DNA from: Bacillota bacterium
GTDB taxonomy: Bacteria; Bacillota; DTU025
Reading direction: 5' to 3'
Assembly: GCA_050951805.1 (NCBI GenBank)
Contig: JBMNJT010000002.1
Span: 448,001 to 512,000, forward strand
DNA: 64,000 nt
The notes under the pieces were generated by a model. The model saw nothing but the letters and a program-made list of their open reading frames with translations, had not been told where the DNA came from and did no database searches. Position numbers and translations under genes: made by a program. Positions 1-10,508 of the stretch are shown piece after piece (the stretch's first letter is position 1; every line of letters starts with the position of its first letter).

Positions 1-516
1 ACCTCTGGCGAATACTGGCTGGATGGCTGCTTAGTTGGGAGCCTTGGCTCAGACGAGCTGGCAGAAGTTAGAAACAAGATCATGGGCTTTGTCTTTCAGT
101 CCTTTAATTTGCTGCCTAAACTGACTGCCGTAGGCAATGTGGAGCTGCCGTTGGTATATGCGGGAGTCCATCCTCGCATCAGACGGGAAGAAGCCATCCG
201 CGCCTTGGACATGGTGGGCCTTGCGGACAGGGCATCCCACAGACCAAATGAGCTTTCTGGAGGCCAACAGCAGAGGGTCGCCATCGCCCGTGCCCTGGTA
301 AGCAATCCCCGCGTAGTTCTGGCAGACGAACCCACTGGAAATCTGGACACCAAATCGAGCTACGAGATCATGGACATCCTTGCCGACATGAACAAACGGG
401 GGATAACTGTGGTAATCGTTACCCATGATCCTGACATTGCAGCCCATACACCTAGAGTGCTGACGTTCAGGGACGGCGAGTGCATTGAGGATGTTCGCGC
501 TTTGGAGGGGGTGTAG
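1..516 (+). CDS. ABC transporter ATP-binding protein, MacB/LolD-type (5' partial)
   Basis: Frame is open from base 1 (TSGEYWLDG...); Q-loop GFVFQSFNL, signature [15 protein letters not shown], Walker [14 protein letters not shown]-loop VTHD. Confidence 0.95.
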   Translation, partial: TSGEYWLDGCLVGSLGSDELAEVRNKIMGFVFQSFNLLPKLTAVGNVELPLVYAGVHPRIRREEAIRALDMVGLADRASHRPNELSGGQQQRVAIARALVSNPRVVLADEPTGNLDTKSSYEIMDILADMNKRGITVVIVTHDPDIAAHTPRVLTFRDGECIEDVRALEGV

Positions 517-520
517 ACAA

Positions 521-1693
521 GTGAGGCCTGCCGACTATCTGAGACTCGCCTTGAGCGGGGTTACAAGTAATCCGTTTCGTTCAATACTGACGGCTCTCGG
601 CGTGATAATCGGTGTATCGGCTGTGATCATCACCGTATCGATAGGCACTGGGGCTAAGGTGCAGACGCAGTCGCAAATACAGAGACTAGGTTCGAATCTG
701 ATAACCATAAGCAGCGGATATAGAAGCTTGAGATCTGTTATTACCTCCGATATTCTGCCGATCATTGAAAGCATCAACACCGTTGGCGAGGTAGTGCCAC
801 AGGTGCAAAGGCAGAGCACAGTAGTGCACGGAGCAGAAGGTCTCAGCACAACCGTAACTGGCACCTCAGCAAACTATCCTTCGGTAAGGAACCTGAAGTT
901 AGCGCAAGGCTCCTTTCTGACTGATGCGGATATCGACAAAGGTTCATGGAATTGCGTTCTCGGGGCGGATCTGGCGGAAGAACTCTTCGGAGATGATAAT
1001 CCCCTGGGTCAGAAAGTCCGGCTTGACAGAGTGCGTTTCACGGTGATAGGCGTCGCGCAACGCCAGGGCGACAGCGGATTCGCAAGTTCGGATAACGCCA
1101 TGTATGTGCCGTATACGACGATGCAGCGTCGTATAACCGGGAGCAAGAACATAAACACAATCATTGCCCAAGCAGTAGACGCTTCATCAATGGATCTTGC
1201 CTACAGTCAGATATACGCCATGCTCATGATGGCTACCGGCGACGAAGACTCATTCAGGATATCTAACCAAGCCGATATGCTGGAAGTAGCATCTGATGTG
1301 ACTGACACCATGACATTGCTGTTGTCAGGCATTGCAGCGGTGTCGCTGGTCGTGGGGGGTATCGGGATCATGAACATAATGCTAGTTTCAGTGACTGAAC
1401 GGACTCGCGAGATAGGCATACGCAAGGCTATTGGAGCAAAGGAGCATGAGATCTTGTCCCAGTTCATGTTGGAGGCCGCTGCTTTGAGTCTTGCCGGGGG
1501 CCTTCTTGGAATCGTTGTCGGTTTGGTTGGGTCCCGCATCGTGAGCCAAGTGTTCAGCTGGCCCACTGCGGTGGACATGAAATCAGTGGCGTTGGGATTT
1601 ACTCTGTCATTGATAGTGGGAGTGTTCTTTGGGGCATACCCTGCATACAAGGGGGCAAAGCTCGATCCCATCGTGGGGTTGAGATACGAATGA
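521..1693 (+). CDS. MacB/FtsX-family ABC permease
   Basis: RSILTALGVIIGV N-terminal TM; GGIGIMNIMLVSVTERTREIGIRKAIGA; C-terminal LDPIVGLRYE; GTG start at 521 after GAGGGGG. Confidence 0.95.
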   Translation: MRPADYLRLALSGVTSNPFRSILTALGVIIGVSAVIITVSIGTGAKVQTQSQIQRLGSNLITISSGYRSLRSVITSDILPIIESINTVGEVVPQVQRQSTVVHGAEGLSTTVTGTSANYPSVRNLKLAQGSFLTDADIDKGSWNCVLGADLAEELFGDDNPLGQKVRLDRVRFTVIGVAQRQGDSGFASSDNAMYVPYTTMQRRITGSKNINTIIAQAVDASSMDLAYSQIYAMLMMATGDEDSFRISNQADMLEVASDVTDTMTLLLSGIAAVSLVVGGIGIMNIMLVSVTERTREIGIRKAIGAKEHEILSQFMLEAAALSLAGGLLGIVVGLVGSRIVSQVFSWPTAVDMKSVALGFTLSLIVGVFFGAYPAYKGAKLDPIVGLRYE

Positions 1694-1715
1694 TAAGGAA
1701 TGTGAGGGATGGCGC

Positions 1716-3095
1716 ATGAGGGCTAGCGTTGGCAGAAGAAAGCCGATTTTCATCATCATGCTGATTCTGGCGGCCTCTTCTGGGGCAGCGGCTGACGGGA
1801 CATTCGGGGCACGCTGGTCAATCGACACGTTTGCGGATGCTGCTGTCAACGTCTGGAAGAACAGTCCGCAAGCTCGACAGCCGCTGGAACTTGCGCTGAT
1901 TGGCGAGGGACTGAGCGTGCCCGTTCGTTCAGCATCCATAACCATCTCCAGCGGAATGTCGAGCGCTAGTCAGTTAACTGAATCCACAGGAGACCGCGGC
2001 GATGCTGAGAAGGTTTCCGCCAAACTCCCGATAACTGACAGGATCAGCTTGAACGCAGCTTACGATTTGAACAAGTCTTCGGGTTCTCTCAAGCTATCAT
2101 ATACCCTTCCACACACTTGGCTTGCGGGTTCGGATGAAGGTATCGCTCAGCGACTGTTTGGCCATTCGGGAGCCAGTGAGGACGCCAAGGTATCGACGGA
2201 TATGGCAAGGATGAAGCTGGATGCATCAGAGTCGTCAATAAAGCTCAAGGCGCAGAAAGCCTATATTGGCGCGCTGAAGTCCCAGAAGAATCGGGAGACG
2301 GCTGAAGGGGAGTGGCGGCTTGCCCAGACTGCACTTGAGATAGCAACGAAAAGATGCCAGGTTGGGCTCTCTACGGAAAGAGACGTGGAGCAAGCAGAGC
2401 TTTCTGTACTCGATGCTGAAATCGCCCTGGTGAAGGCGGAAAACGAGGAGCGGTGGGCTAGGAGAGAACTGAGCAAGCTGGCCGGTGTCGACATGTTAGA
2501 GGCAGAGCTGGAAGATCTTCCGCAGTTTTCGTTGGACATGCCTTCGCTTGATGTGATGATCGAGGCAGCGTTCGAGAGCGATGTCGAGCTTGCTCAGGCA
2601 GAATTGGGCCTAGATTCGTCCATCCGGGAACTTGAAGCAATCAAAAGTCTGCTTCCTACGGTGTCTGCAGAGGTTCAATTTCCGTCAGGGAGCAGCGTTC
2701 CCAAGTTTGTAGCGTCGGCCACATGGAGCATCTCGCTTTCGCGCTCTCTCGAAGCACAGAAGGCAGAGATCAATGTGGATCAAAAGAGGCAGTCGGTAAC
2801 TGAAAGGCGTGAGGCATTGGCAGAGAATGTGGAGAAAAGCCTTGAGCAATTGCATATTTCGGTATGGTCCGCAACCAAATGGGTGAAGCAGCTTGAGCAA
2901 TCCCAAGAGTCCTATGATACAGCTTTGAAGTCGTATAAAGACGGCGAATTGCTGTTAGTGGACCTGGAGCGAGCGCAGCTCAATTTGAAAAAAGCTCGCA
3001 ATAGCTATATTGCAAACTGGTATGGTGTGTGGGAGCTCTGGTACACGCTGGCCAATACGTGCCGGGTTGAAGACCTGGGCATGGGGAACCGATAG
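1716..3095 (+). CDS. TolC/outer-membrane efflux family protein
   Basis: Signal peptide, alternating beta-strand and coiled-coil segments, OEP-like motifs (QKAYIGAL, RCQVGLSTERDV, SYKDGELLLVDL); lies in an efflux operon. Confidence 0.7.
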   Translation: MRASVGRRKPIFIIMLILAASSGAAADGTFGARWSIDTFADAAVNVWKNSPQARQPLELALIGEGLSVPVRSASITISSGMSSASQLTESTGDRGDAEKVSAKLPITDRISLNAAYDLNKSSGSLKLSYTLPHTWLAGSDEGIAQRLFGHSGASEDAKVSTDMARMKLDASESSIKLKAQKAYIGALKSQKNRETAEGEWRLAQTALEIATKRCQVGLSTERDVEQAELSVLDAEIALVKAENEERWARRELSKLAGVDMLEAELEDLPQFSLDMPSLDVMIEAAFESDVELAQAELGLDSSIRELEAIKSLLPTVSAEVQFPSGSSVPKFVASATWSISLSRSLEAQKAEINVDQKRQSVTERREALAENVEKSLEQLHISVWSATKWVKQLEQSQESYDTALKSYKDGELLLVDLERAQLNLKKARNSYIANWYGVWELWYTLANTCRVEDLGMGNR

Positions 3096-3125
3096 TCATC
3101 AAAAAACGATCCGGAGGTGTGTTGG

Positions 3126-4217
3126 GTGAAACGAAATTGCATGTTGAAAATGGTACCCGTCTTGCTGGCAGTAACGTTGGTGCTAAGCGGCATTGCGCTC
3201 GCGGGGGAATATGTAGATGAAACACTGGAGGTGACTTTGGCTCAGTATGTCGAGGCATATGTGGGAAACAGCGATGCAGTGAAGGCAGCTCGGGAAGATG
3301 CTGAGAATGCGCAGACCCAGTGGCAGCGGGCTGTTGATGAGAAGAAGGCTGCATTGACTGTGAAAGAGCTTGAGAATGCTGCTGAGACTAAGCGACTCGC
3401 TTTGGATGAGGCGGTGAACAATGCAGCTTTGCAGGCTGTTCAGGCCTATGTAGGACTCGGACAGGCACTAAGGGAGCTGGAGGCCAAACGCGTTTCTTTG
3501 GCTGTGTCACAGGAAAGGCTACGAGTTACGAATTTGCGGTATGAAGCAGGGCTTACTACCAAAGATGCCGTATTAGAACAGGAAAACTCGTATCTTTCAG
3601 CTTCCGATTCGCTTTTAAAGGCAGAGCAGAGCCTGAGGCAGACGAAACGGAGCTTCTGCCAGAACATCGGAGCTGAACTTTGTGATGATATTGTGCTGGC
3701 CACTGACGTTAGTACATTATATGGCGGCGTGCCCGAGTACGGCCTTAACGACTCTATCGAGGCTGCGCAGGGAGTTGGTTCCTCATACTTTTCAGCGGCC
3801 GCAGGCAAGGAATTGGCAAGAAGGAAGTGTGAGGCGCTTCAAGATCCGCTGATTGCTACGCCTACGGAGCGTGAGACAGCGGAAAAGTCATGGAAGGACG
3901 CCGAGACCCGATTTGCCAGCGCCGAGCAGTCTTTGATAGATTCCATAGAAAATGCTCTGGTGGAGCTGGAATCGCTGGTCAGAAACTTGAACATGCAGAC
4001 CATCTCCGCGCAGCGCGCTCAGAGCAACCTAGAGGTTGCCAGAATCAAGTTTCAACACGGAGAGATGCTCCAGTATGAACTCGATAACGAGACAAGCTCA
4101 GCTAATCAGGCACTATACAGAATGGCCAAAGCAAAGGAAGACCTGTTTGTACATATGTTGAAGTTGGAATCGCTCATAGGCGGCAGCGTCCTGGACATCG
4201 TGATGAGCAAGAAATGA
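3126..4217 (+). CDS. Second TolC-family/coiled-coil efflux protein (short)
   Basis: Signal peptide; QAYVGL, LRYEAGLTTKDAV and IKFQHGEMLQYEL OEP-type repeats; GGAGG at 3113 before GTG 3126. Confidence 0.7.
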   Translation: MKRNCMLKMVPVLLAVTLVLSGIALAGEYVDETLEVTLAQYVEAYVGNSDAVKAAREDAENAQTQWQRAVDEKKAALTVKELENAAETKRLALDEAVNNAALQAVQAYVGLGQALRELEAKRVSLAVSQERLRVTNLRYEAGLTTKDAVLEQENSYLSASDSLLKAEQSLRQTKRSFCQNIGAELCDDIVLATDVSTLYGGVPEYGLNDSIEAAQGVGSSYFSAAAGKELARRKCEALQDPLIATPTERETAEKSWKDAETRFASAEQSLIDSIENALVELESLVRNLNMQTISAQRAQSNLEVARIKFQHGEMLQYELDNETSSANQALYRMAKAKEDLFVHMLKLESLIGGSVLDIVMSKK

Positions 4218-4227
4218 GGCGAGATTC

Positions 4228-4902
4228 GTGACCAAAGTTCTTCTGGCGGATGATGAGGCAAGAATGCGCAGGCTCGTATCGGATTTTCTCAAACGGGAGG
4301 GCTTTGTCATCCTTGAAGCTCAGAATGGCCGGGAGGCTTTGGATCTTTTCCTCAGCGACCAAGAGATAGAGCTCGTGATATTGGACGTAATGATGCCGGG
4401 CATGGATGGTTGGGTGGTCTGCCGCGAGATACGCAGGAGATCACAGGTGCCGATAATAATGCTTACAGCAAGAGCCGAAGAGAGTGATCAACTCTTCGGC
4501 TTCGATATTGGGGCTGATGAGTACATTACAAAACCCTTCAGCCCCATGATACTCGTAGCTAGGGCTAAAGCCTTGCTCAGACGCACGCAGGCGGGCGATG
4601 GAGGACTCAGGCATCTTGGATTGCTGGAGATAGATGAAGGCAGGCACGTGGTGAGCGTGGACGGTGAAAGACTGGAGCTGAGCCCCAAGGAATTCGAGCT
4701 TCTGGTCTACTTTGCCGACAATGCCAACCTAGCCTTGTCGCGGGATCAGATACTTAGCTCTGTGTGGGACTACGACTATTTCGGGGATGCCAGGACAGTG
4801 GATACTCATGTGAAACGTCTTCGGGCCAAGCTGGGCCCTGCAGCAGGCTATATTGAGACTGTACGTGGCATAGGCTACAGATTTGAGGCGACTGAAGAAT
4901 GA
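4228..4902 (+). CDS. OmpR/PhoB-family response regulator
   Basis: ADDE...LDVMMP...LTA...KPF receiver domain; C-terminal wHTH RTVDTHVKRLR...TVRGIGY. Confidence 0.97.
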   Translation: MTKVLLADDEARMRRLVSDFLKREGFVILEAQNGREALDLFLSDQEIELVILDVMMPGMDGWVVCREIRRRSQVPIIMLTARAEESDQLFGFDIGADEYITKPFSPMILVARAKALLRRTQAGDGGLRHLGLLEIDEGRHVVSVDGERLELSPKEFELLVYFADNANLALSRDQILSSVWDYDYFGDARTVDTHVKRLRAKLGPAAGYIETVRGIGYRFEATEE

Positions 4903-6449
4903 AGTCTATAAGAGCACGCTTATTCCTGGGAATCGTTGGCCTGGTCGTAGGCTACGTATTACTCTCCTGGTTGCTCAACTCGCAGTTGCTGGATGTGTAC
5001 TATCACCGTATCAAGACCAATTCACTCGTAAGCGGATACAAGCATGTGAAGCAGGCATACGATAGTGGCGACTTGGCCCAGTTGTTGCTGGATCTGGAGA
5101 CAATGGAGCGCAAGGAGGGCCTGATGGTGGTTATAGTGGATTCCTCCTACACGCTCCAGTACGCGTCGAGGCCTGTCCAATCCGCCAGGCATGGCTCTGC
5201 GGGTCCGACGGGCCCTATGGATTCTGCACTACTCGATTCGCTCGATCAGCAAAGAATGCCGCCGCCAGGCCCTGGGCCTAATCCTGCTCCAAACCCGGAC
5301 CCGTTCCCCGTAAATACGATCGAACGCGCGATAGCTGATCTAGAGGGTGAATACGAGGTCCTCAGTTTCACCCGCGACGACAGGCTTAAGCTGGACTTCA
5401 TAAGCCTAATTGGAAGGCTGCCTGATGGGGGTTATGTATTCCTCAGCGCACCGATCTCGTCGATTGAGGAGAGTGCATCGGCAGCTAATAGGTTCTTTTT
5501 GGTAAGCGGAGCATTGATGATAGCAGTGGGGAGTATCGCTGCCTATTGGTACGCCGGACGGTTTACACAACCTATCCATGACATGAAAGTCATTGCTGAG
5601 CGCGTGGCAAAGCTCGATTTCAGCAAGGAGTATGTCGGCAGCACCGATGATGAGATCGGCGCTCTCGGCGAGAGCATCAACATCATGTCGCGCCAGCTGG
5701 AGTACTCCATAAACGAACTGGTGCGCGCCAATGAACGCTTGCAGCAGGACATTGAGCGCGAACGTCAGATCGACGAAATGCGCAAGGAATTCATCGCAAA
5801 TGTGTCGCACGAGCTGAAAACGCCCATTGCGTTGATTCAGGGATATTCTGAAGGACTAAAGCTCAATGTCAACGATGACGAAGAGAATAGGGATTTCTAC
5901 TGCGATGTAATAACGGACGAAGCTGCCAGGATGAATCGTCTTGTAGGCCAGCTGCTTAAACTGGCCCAGATTGAATCGGGGAATATTGCACCTCAAAAGA
6001 TCTGCTTCGACATCGTTGAGTTCATCAACCATATCGTCAGAAAGAACGGTTTGGCGTTGCAAGAACGAGGAGTTGACTTGGGGATAGAGGGCGAATCGTG
6101 TGTGGAGGTTGTGGCCGACATCGACATGATGGAGCAGGTGTTGGTCAATTACATTACCAACGGCATCGACCATTGCGGCGGGGAGCGCAAGATGACCATC
6201 ACAATAGAGGAGGTCGATGAGAAAGCGCGGATCAGTGTTTTCAATACGGGACAACACATACCTGAGGATTGCATGGATTCAATATGGACTAGTTTCTATA
6301 AGACTGACAAGGCGCGCACACGTGACCATGGCGGGACAGGGCTTGGGCTGAGCATAGTGAAAGCAGTGCAAAAGGTTCACGGCAATGATTGCGGATGTAA
6401 GAACGTTGCGGGCGGAGTAGTATTTTGGTTCGATGCCGACCTGTGTTGA
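4899..6449 (+). CDS. HAMP-domain sensor histidine kinase
   Basis: Two TMs, HAMP (DEIGALGESINIM), H-box ANVSHELKTP, G2 box GGTGLGLSIV; ATGA overlap with the regulator gene. Confidence 0.97.
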   Translation: MKSIRARLFLGIVGLVVGYVLLSWLLNSQLLDVYYHRIKTNSLVSGYKHVKQAYDSGDLAQLLLDLETMERKEGLMVVIVDSSYTLQYASRPVQSARHGSAGPTGPMDSALLDSLDQQRMPPPGPGPNPAPNPDPFPVNTIERAIADLEGEYEVLSFTRDDRLKLDFISLIGRLPDGGYVFLSAPISSIEESASAANRFFLVSGALMIAVGSIAAYWYAGRFTQPIHDMKVIAERVAKLDFSKEYVGSTDDEIGALGESINIMSRQLEYSINELVRANERLQQDIERERQIDEMRKEFIANVSHELKTPIALIQGYSEGLKLNVNDDEENRDFYCDVITDEAARMNRLVGQLLKLAQIESGNIAPQKICFDIVEFINHIVRKNGLALQERGVDLGIEGESCVEVVADIDMMEQVLVNYITNGIDHCGGERKMTITIEEVDEKARISVFNTGQHIPEDCMDSIWTSFYKTDKARTRDHGGTGLGLSIVKAVQKVHGNDCGCKNVAGGVVFWFDADLC

Positions 6450-6971
6450 CTGTGGAGTACAGGTGTTGCGTCCATTATCACTCCGAACAGTTTCAAGGAG
6501 AAGCGAGATTTGAGCTACCAATGATGATGGCACTCACATAAAGCAATCATGACCGGGTACAGGATACGGGCGGATGAGAGTTGAATCGCGTGATGCCGAA
6601 TCGGGGTGTGATCATATCTGCCAGCCGCTGCCGTAGCGTTCTACACATTCCTCCCTGGCAATGGGATTTTTGCGCCGGGCTTGTGCAGTAATACGGAAGC
6701 AGGCTCATTCCTTAATGCTTCTTGAAGTGGCTTCATTGCGACGAGAAGAGGCCGATAGATAAGTTCACAAACAGGCCAGTTCCCTTCTTTCACTATAGAA
6801 TCATCTGTCAAGATTGGCAACTCCTATCGAGTCTTTAGACCTTAATAGACCGCCGCCTCTGTCTAGCTTTTTATTTGAGGTCTGCATCCCCTGCTTACCC
6901 TGTAGGGCTTGGAATGGGATGCATTTTCTCAGTGAGGCGGCGTACAGGCTAACGGGTGGATCCGGTTTCGA

Positions 6972-7814
6972 CTATCTGACCTGGCTCTCAAAGATTTGGG
7001 CCTTGTCAAGTCTCTTCGTGATGGCCATCAAGAGGGCGTAGTCGACGATGATGAGAGCTGCTCCGATGGCCAGCAGCACTTTTGCATCGAGCAGCATGAT
7101 GCCGGTGAACTGCCCGATCATCAGGGCAATCACTGGCAGAACGAGAAAGCCGCTCATTTGATACCCAGCCTGAAACGTAGATACGCGCGCGCTGATGAAG
7201 ACGTTTATGAGCATGGCGAGAAGCCCAATTGCCGGCATTACCAAAAGGATGAGGGGAGCCCAGGCGATGCTAGGGAAGAATAGTCTGCCAAATATGGGCC
7301 AGGCGAAGACGTTCGCGCATACCGCGAAAAGCACGAAGGAAGTGAGGGAAATGGCGATAGCGGGAATAAGTGATGCCAAAGCCTTTGCCGCAAATATGCT
7401 CCGCATGTCGACTGGAGACAGAAGAAGCCCTTCCAGGGTGCCCCTTTCCTTTTCACCCACGAAGCTGTCGACACTGATTGTGCTGGCGGCCATGAGCGGT
7501 ATCATCAGGAAAAACGGGGCCATGAAATAGTTGAACATCATGTAGGCGATTCGCTGCTGATCGGTGATGAGTGAGTCGAATATCCCATTGAGGGAGTCAA
7601 GCGACGACTGGGGCAGCTTTTCAAGCACGTCGAGCAGCTCCTGAAAATCACTGGAGGTGCTGGTGTCGGTCGCCCTTATGGCGAAGGATGCCCCAATAGG
7701 AAACAAGACAGCAAAGACGAGAGGGATTATTAGCATGGGCAGCCACACTTGAATGTTGGAAGTGATGCTCATGATATCTTTCCGGGCAATGGCCCGCACA
7801 GCGCGCCTATTCAT
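6972..7814 (-). CDS. ABC-2 type permease
   Basis: Multiple TMs, FVGEKERGTLEGLLLSP motif; overlaps the ATPase gene. Confidence 0.93.
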   Translation of the reverse strand: MNRRAVRAIARKDIMSITSNIQVWLPMLIIPLVFAVLFPIGASFAIRATDTSTSSDFQELLDVLEKLPQSSLDSLNGIFDSLITDQQRIAYMMFNYFMAPFFLMIPLMAASTISVDSFVGEKERGTLEGLLLSPVDMRSIFAAKALASLIPAIAISLTSFVLFAVCANVFAWPIFGRLFFPSIAWAPLILLVMPAIGLLAMLINVFISARVSTFQAGYQMSGFLVLPVIALMIGQFTGIMLLDAKVLLAIGAALIIVDYALLMAITKRLDKAQIFESQVR

Positions 7815-8712
7815 CTTTCTCTCCCTCCAATAGCCTGAAATAGACTGATTCTAGGTCATGGCCCTTCAACTTAACCGAGTAGACGTCTGCGTCTTGCGAG
7901 AGTTGACGGATCAACTTAGGAACTTCATTCCTGCTTGAAACGGTAAATTGAATGTCGCCGACCGGCAGCGGTCTTGCTGGAATGCCCCGGTAGGCTTCTC
8001 CATCCAGAATGCAATCGGCATCTACTTCCACAATGGTGGGCCCGGGACATTTTTCCGCCAGCTCGGGCAGGGTTCCCTGGGCCACAGTGCGGCCCCGGTC
8101 GATGATCACGTAGCGTTGGCATACCGTTTCCAGCTGGTGCAGGACGTGGGAGCACAGGACTACCGTCACGCCTTTCTGGCTGTTCAGGCGCTCGATCTCA
8201 TCGAGAACCATGGCGATCCCCGCCGGGTCCAGGCCTGATGTGGGTTCGTCCAGAAGGAGTATCGGCGGATTGGCGAGCAAGGCCTTGGCAAGCCCTAGAC
8301 GTTTCTTCATCCCAGTGCTGTAGGCACCGGCCTTTTTTTCTTTGTGATCCGCGAGCCCGAATTCTTCCATCAGCTCATGCGGTCTTCGGGGATCGTCTAT
8401 TCCATACAACTCCGCAAAGAATCGGAGGTTTTCGATCCCGGAGAGGTTGGAATAGAGCTCGGCAGTCTCGGTGAGGACGCCGATTTGGGAACGAACTTCA
8501 TCCCCCTGGCTTTGGGGATCAAGACCTGCAACCCTGACTTGGCCTGCATCAGGCTTTACAACGCCGCACAGCATCCGGATTGTGGTGGTTTTGCCTGCGC
8601 CGTTAGGGCCGATGAGGCCCAGAATCTCTCCACGAGCCACGTTGAAACTGAGGGCGTCAACGGCGCGTTGCTCTCCATATCGTTTGGTTACGTCCTTGAT
8701 CTGAATCATCAT
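7807..8712 (-). CDS. ABC exporter ATP-binding protein (YxlF-like)
   Basis: Walker A GPNGAGKTT, YSTGMKKR signature, LLLDEPT. Confidence 0.96.
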   Translation of the reverse strand: MMIQIKDVTKRYGEQRAVDALSFNVARGEILGLIGPNGAGKTTTIRMLCGVVKPDAGQVRVAGLDPQSQGDEVRSQIGVLTETAELYSNLSGIENLRFFAELYGIDDPRRPHELMEEFGLADHKEKKAGAYSTGMKKRLGLAKALLANPPILLLDEPTSGLDPAGIAMVLDEIERLNSQKGVTVVLCSHVLHQLETVCQRYVIIDRGRTVAQGTLPELAEKCPGPTIVEVDADCILDGEAYRGIPARPLPVGDIQFTVSSRNEVPKLIRQLSQDADVYSVKLKGHDLESVYFRLLEGEKDE

Positions 8713-8803
8713 GCCACACCTTCACATTGATCTAGTAGCCGATTTCTGTATTCGATAGCTTGCGCTCGTTTCAAAGTGGGAGGAGATGCCTAAAAGAGTT
8801 ACG

Positions 8804-9070
8804 CTACTTCTCCGCTTTGATTGATCCACAGTAAGGACAGATCTCCAATTCCCGGGGGATCGGCTTGCTGCATCCGGCGCATCGGACGTTGTTGCGCCTG
8901 GTAACCAGGATGTAGACGATTATGGAAGACGGGATGTTGATCAGCCCGAATAAACCCCACAGCCACGCATAGTCTTCACGGCGTAGGCGCGCGTCACGGA
9001 ATATCCATGTAGCTTGCGCAATGAGCAGCGCGCCCAGAAAGATCCAGAGAATCGGATCGAGTTCATTCAC
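8804..9070 (-). CDS. YxlD-like small membrane anti-sigma component with C-terminal zinc ribbon
   Basis: Q-x-x-W-I-F-x-DA...AWLWGLFGLINIP pattern resembles B. subtilis YxlD; CAGC...CPYC zinc ribbon. Confidence 0.8.
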   Translation of the reverse strand: MNELDPILWIFLGALLIAQATWIFRDARLRREDYAWLWGLFGLINIPSSIIVYILVTRRNNVRCAGCSKPIPRELEICPYCGSIKAEK

Positions 9071-9573
9071 GCTACATCACCTCTTCCCTCTCGCAACACG
9101 TGGAGAGGCAGGTAGAAAAGGGCTATGCCGAAGAATCCGATTGCCTGAAGGTCCAGAAACGCATCGGGGTTTGAGGCCAGAAGCGGAACCCACACGGAAG
9201 TGAGAATACCCGTGGCAGTCAGCGCGAACAGTGCCATATTCCGACGTTCCCGGGCAATTCGCATCTTGATTCCCCGTTCGATGGTCGCATCCAGCCTCGG
9301 CCAAGCGGGGGCGATGCCTTCAATTCCTAGGTCCGTCGTGGCGGGACGCTCAGCGCTTCCAGAAGGTACATTCACATGCGATGATGGCAGCAACGACGCG
9401 ATATCTACGAGGGCGTCAGCGTAGTCTCGACACTCGGGGCAGTTTTTGAGGTGTCTGGCCACATCGGTCGTGCTTATGTCTTTGTCAAGCCTACCTTGGC
9501 CGTCGGCCTCGCCGGACTCAGGGTACGCCATGTCGAGCAGCATATCTTGAACGTTCCTGCAATCTATGTTCAC
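9067..9573 (-). CDS. Anti-sigma factor with zf-HC2 (ZAS) domain and C-terminal TMs
   Basis: HLKNCPEC (HxxxCxxC); two C-terminal hydrophobic helices; translationally coupled to the sigma gene. Confidence 0.88.
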   Translation of the reverse strand: MNIDCRNVQDMLLDMAYPESGEADGQGRLDKDISTTDVARHLKNCPECRDYADALVDIASLLPSSHVNVPSGSAERPATTDLGIEGIAPAWPRLDATIERGIKMRIARERRNMALFALTATGILTSVWVPLLASNPDAFLDLQAIGFFGIALFYLPLHVLREGRGDVA

Positions 9574-10109
9574 TTCATGTCCCTCCTGGAGATTTCACGC
9601 CTGAGTATTTCAACGGAATCATGCAGCCGGGACCGTACTGTCCCTATTGGGCAGCCAACCGCGTCGGCTATCTCCTCATATTTGAACCCGTAGTAGTGTC
9701 TTAAGACGAACACTTGTCGTTTTTCGGGCCCGAGTGCATCGAGGAGGCTCATCGCCTCGTCTACAGCCATGTTCCGAAGAGCCTTCTCCTCCGCGCTCTC
9801 TTCCTCGGAACCGGTTTCGAAGACGTCCTCAGTCAAAATCTCGCGCCGCGCGGTCCTAAGCCTGTTCTTGTGGGTGTTCAGGGCTATGGTGATCAGCCAT
9901 GTGGAGAACTTCGCTCGCGGCTCGTAGCGTTCTAGGTTGACGATGGCGCGGAGCACCGTCTCCTGTACTATGTCTTCTGCGGATCGGGGATCGCCCGTGA
10001 TGCGGATCAATGCACCAAGGAGAATTGGGTAGTTGATCCGGAAGAGCTCTTCCAAAGCTTGCCTGTCGTTTTGTTGCGCGCGGCGCACTAGCGAAGTCTC
10101 GTCGGGCAT
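9570..10109 (-). CDS. ECF RNA polymerase sigma factor, SigY-like
   Basis: AEDIVQET, KFSTWLITIALN (region 2), YEEIADAVGCPIGTVRSRLH (region 4); gene context matches sigY-yxlCD-yxlFG; ATG 10109 has an RBS. Confidence 0.93.
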   Translation of the reverse strand: MPDETSLVRRAQQNDRQALEELFRINYPILLGALIRITGDPRSAEDIVQETVLRAIVNLERYEPRAKFSTWLITIALNTHKNRLRTARREILTEDVFETGSEEESAEEKALRNMAVDEAMSLLDALGPEKRQVFVLRHYYGFKYEEIADAVGCPIGTVRSRLHDSVEILRREISRRDMK

Positions 10110-10133
10110 CTCCAGTCCCCTTTTCGTTAATTG

Positions 10134-10158
10134 AACACAGCTGGCCCGCAAATAGTTC
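10134..10158 (-). promoter_or_regulatory. Candidate autoregulatory ECF promoter
   Basis: On the minus strand GAAC-17 nt-TGTT lies just upstream of the sigma gene RBS; AAC is typical of ECF -35 elements. Confidence 0.4.
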
Positions 10159-10508
10159 GGTCGCCAGAAGCATCATGAAGGACGATATCAGACTATATCA
10201 TACCGTGTGTGGCAAATGGCATTGAATGATTGCCCACCAAATCGCGCATTCTCTTTTCGTTGTTGCAAGTCCTGTAAGTGTTTGGCCATGCCAGAAAAAC
10301 TTCCGCTGAATTGCCGGGGCCTGTGGCGTGGTTGGACGCGTATTCTGCGTCTGCCAACACGATCAGGATGGCCCCAGGGCCGGATTGGCCAACCGCGAGC
10401 GAAAAGCTCCAGCGTTCGTCCTCGTCGAGGTCTGGCAAGTCCATATTTTGCAGGAATGAGATGAGTCAGATAAAATCAGGGTATAAAGGAGTATTTGCAG
10501 GTGAGAGA

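Noticed and set aside
10193-10464. Short ORFs between the ECF sigma and GNAT genes, and the long 5' extension of the GNAT ORF
   Set aside because: No motifs or RBS; the GNAT homology starts near ATG 10509
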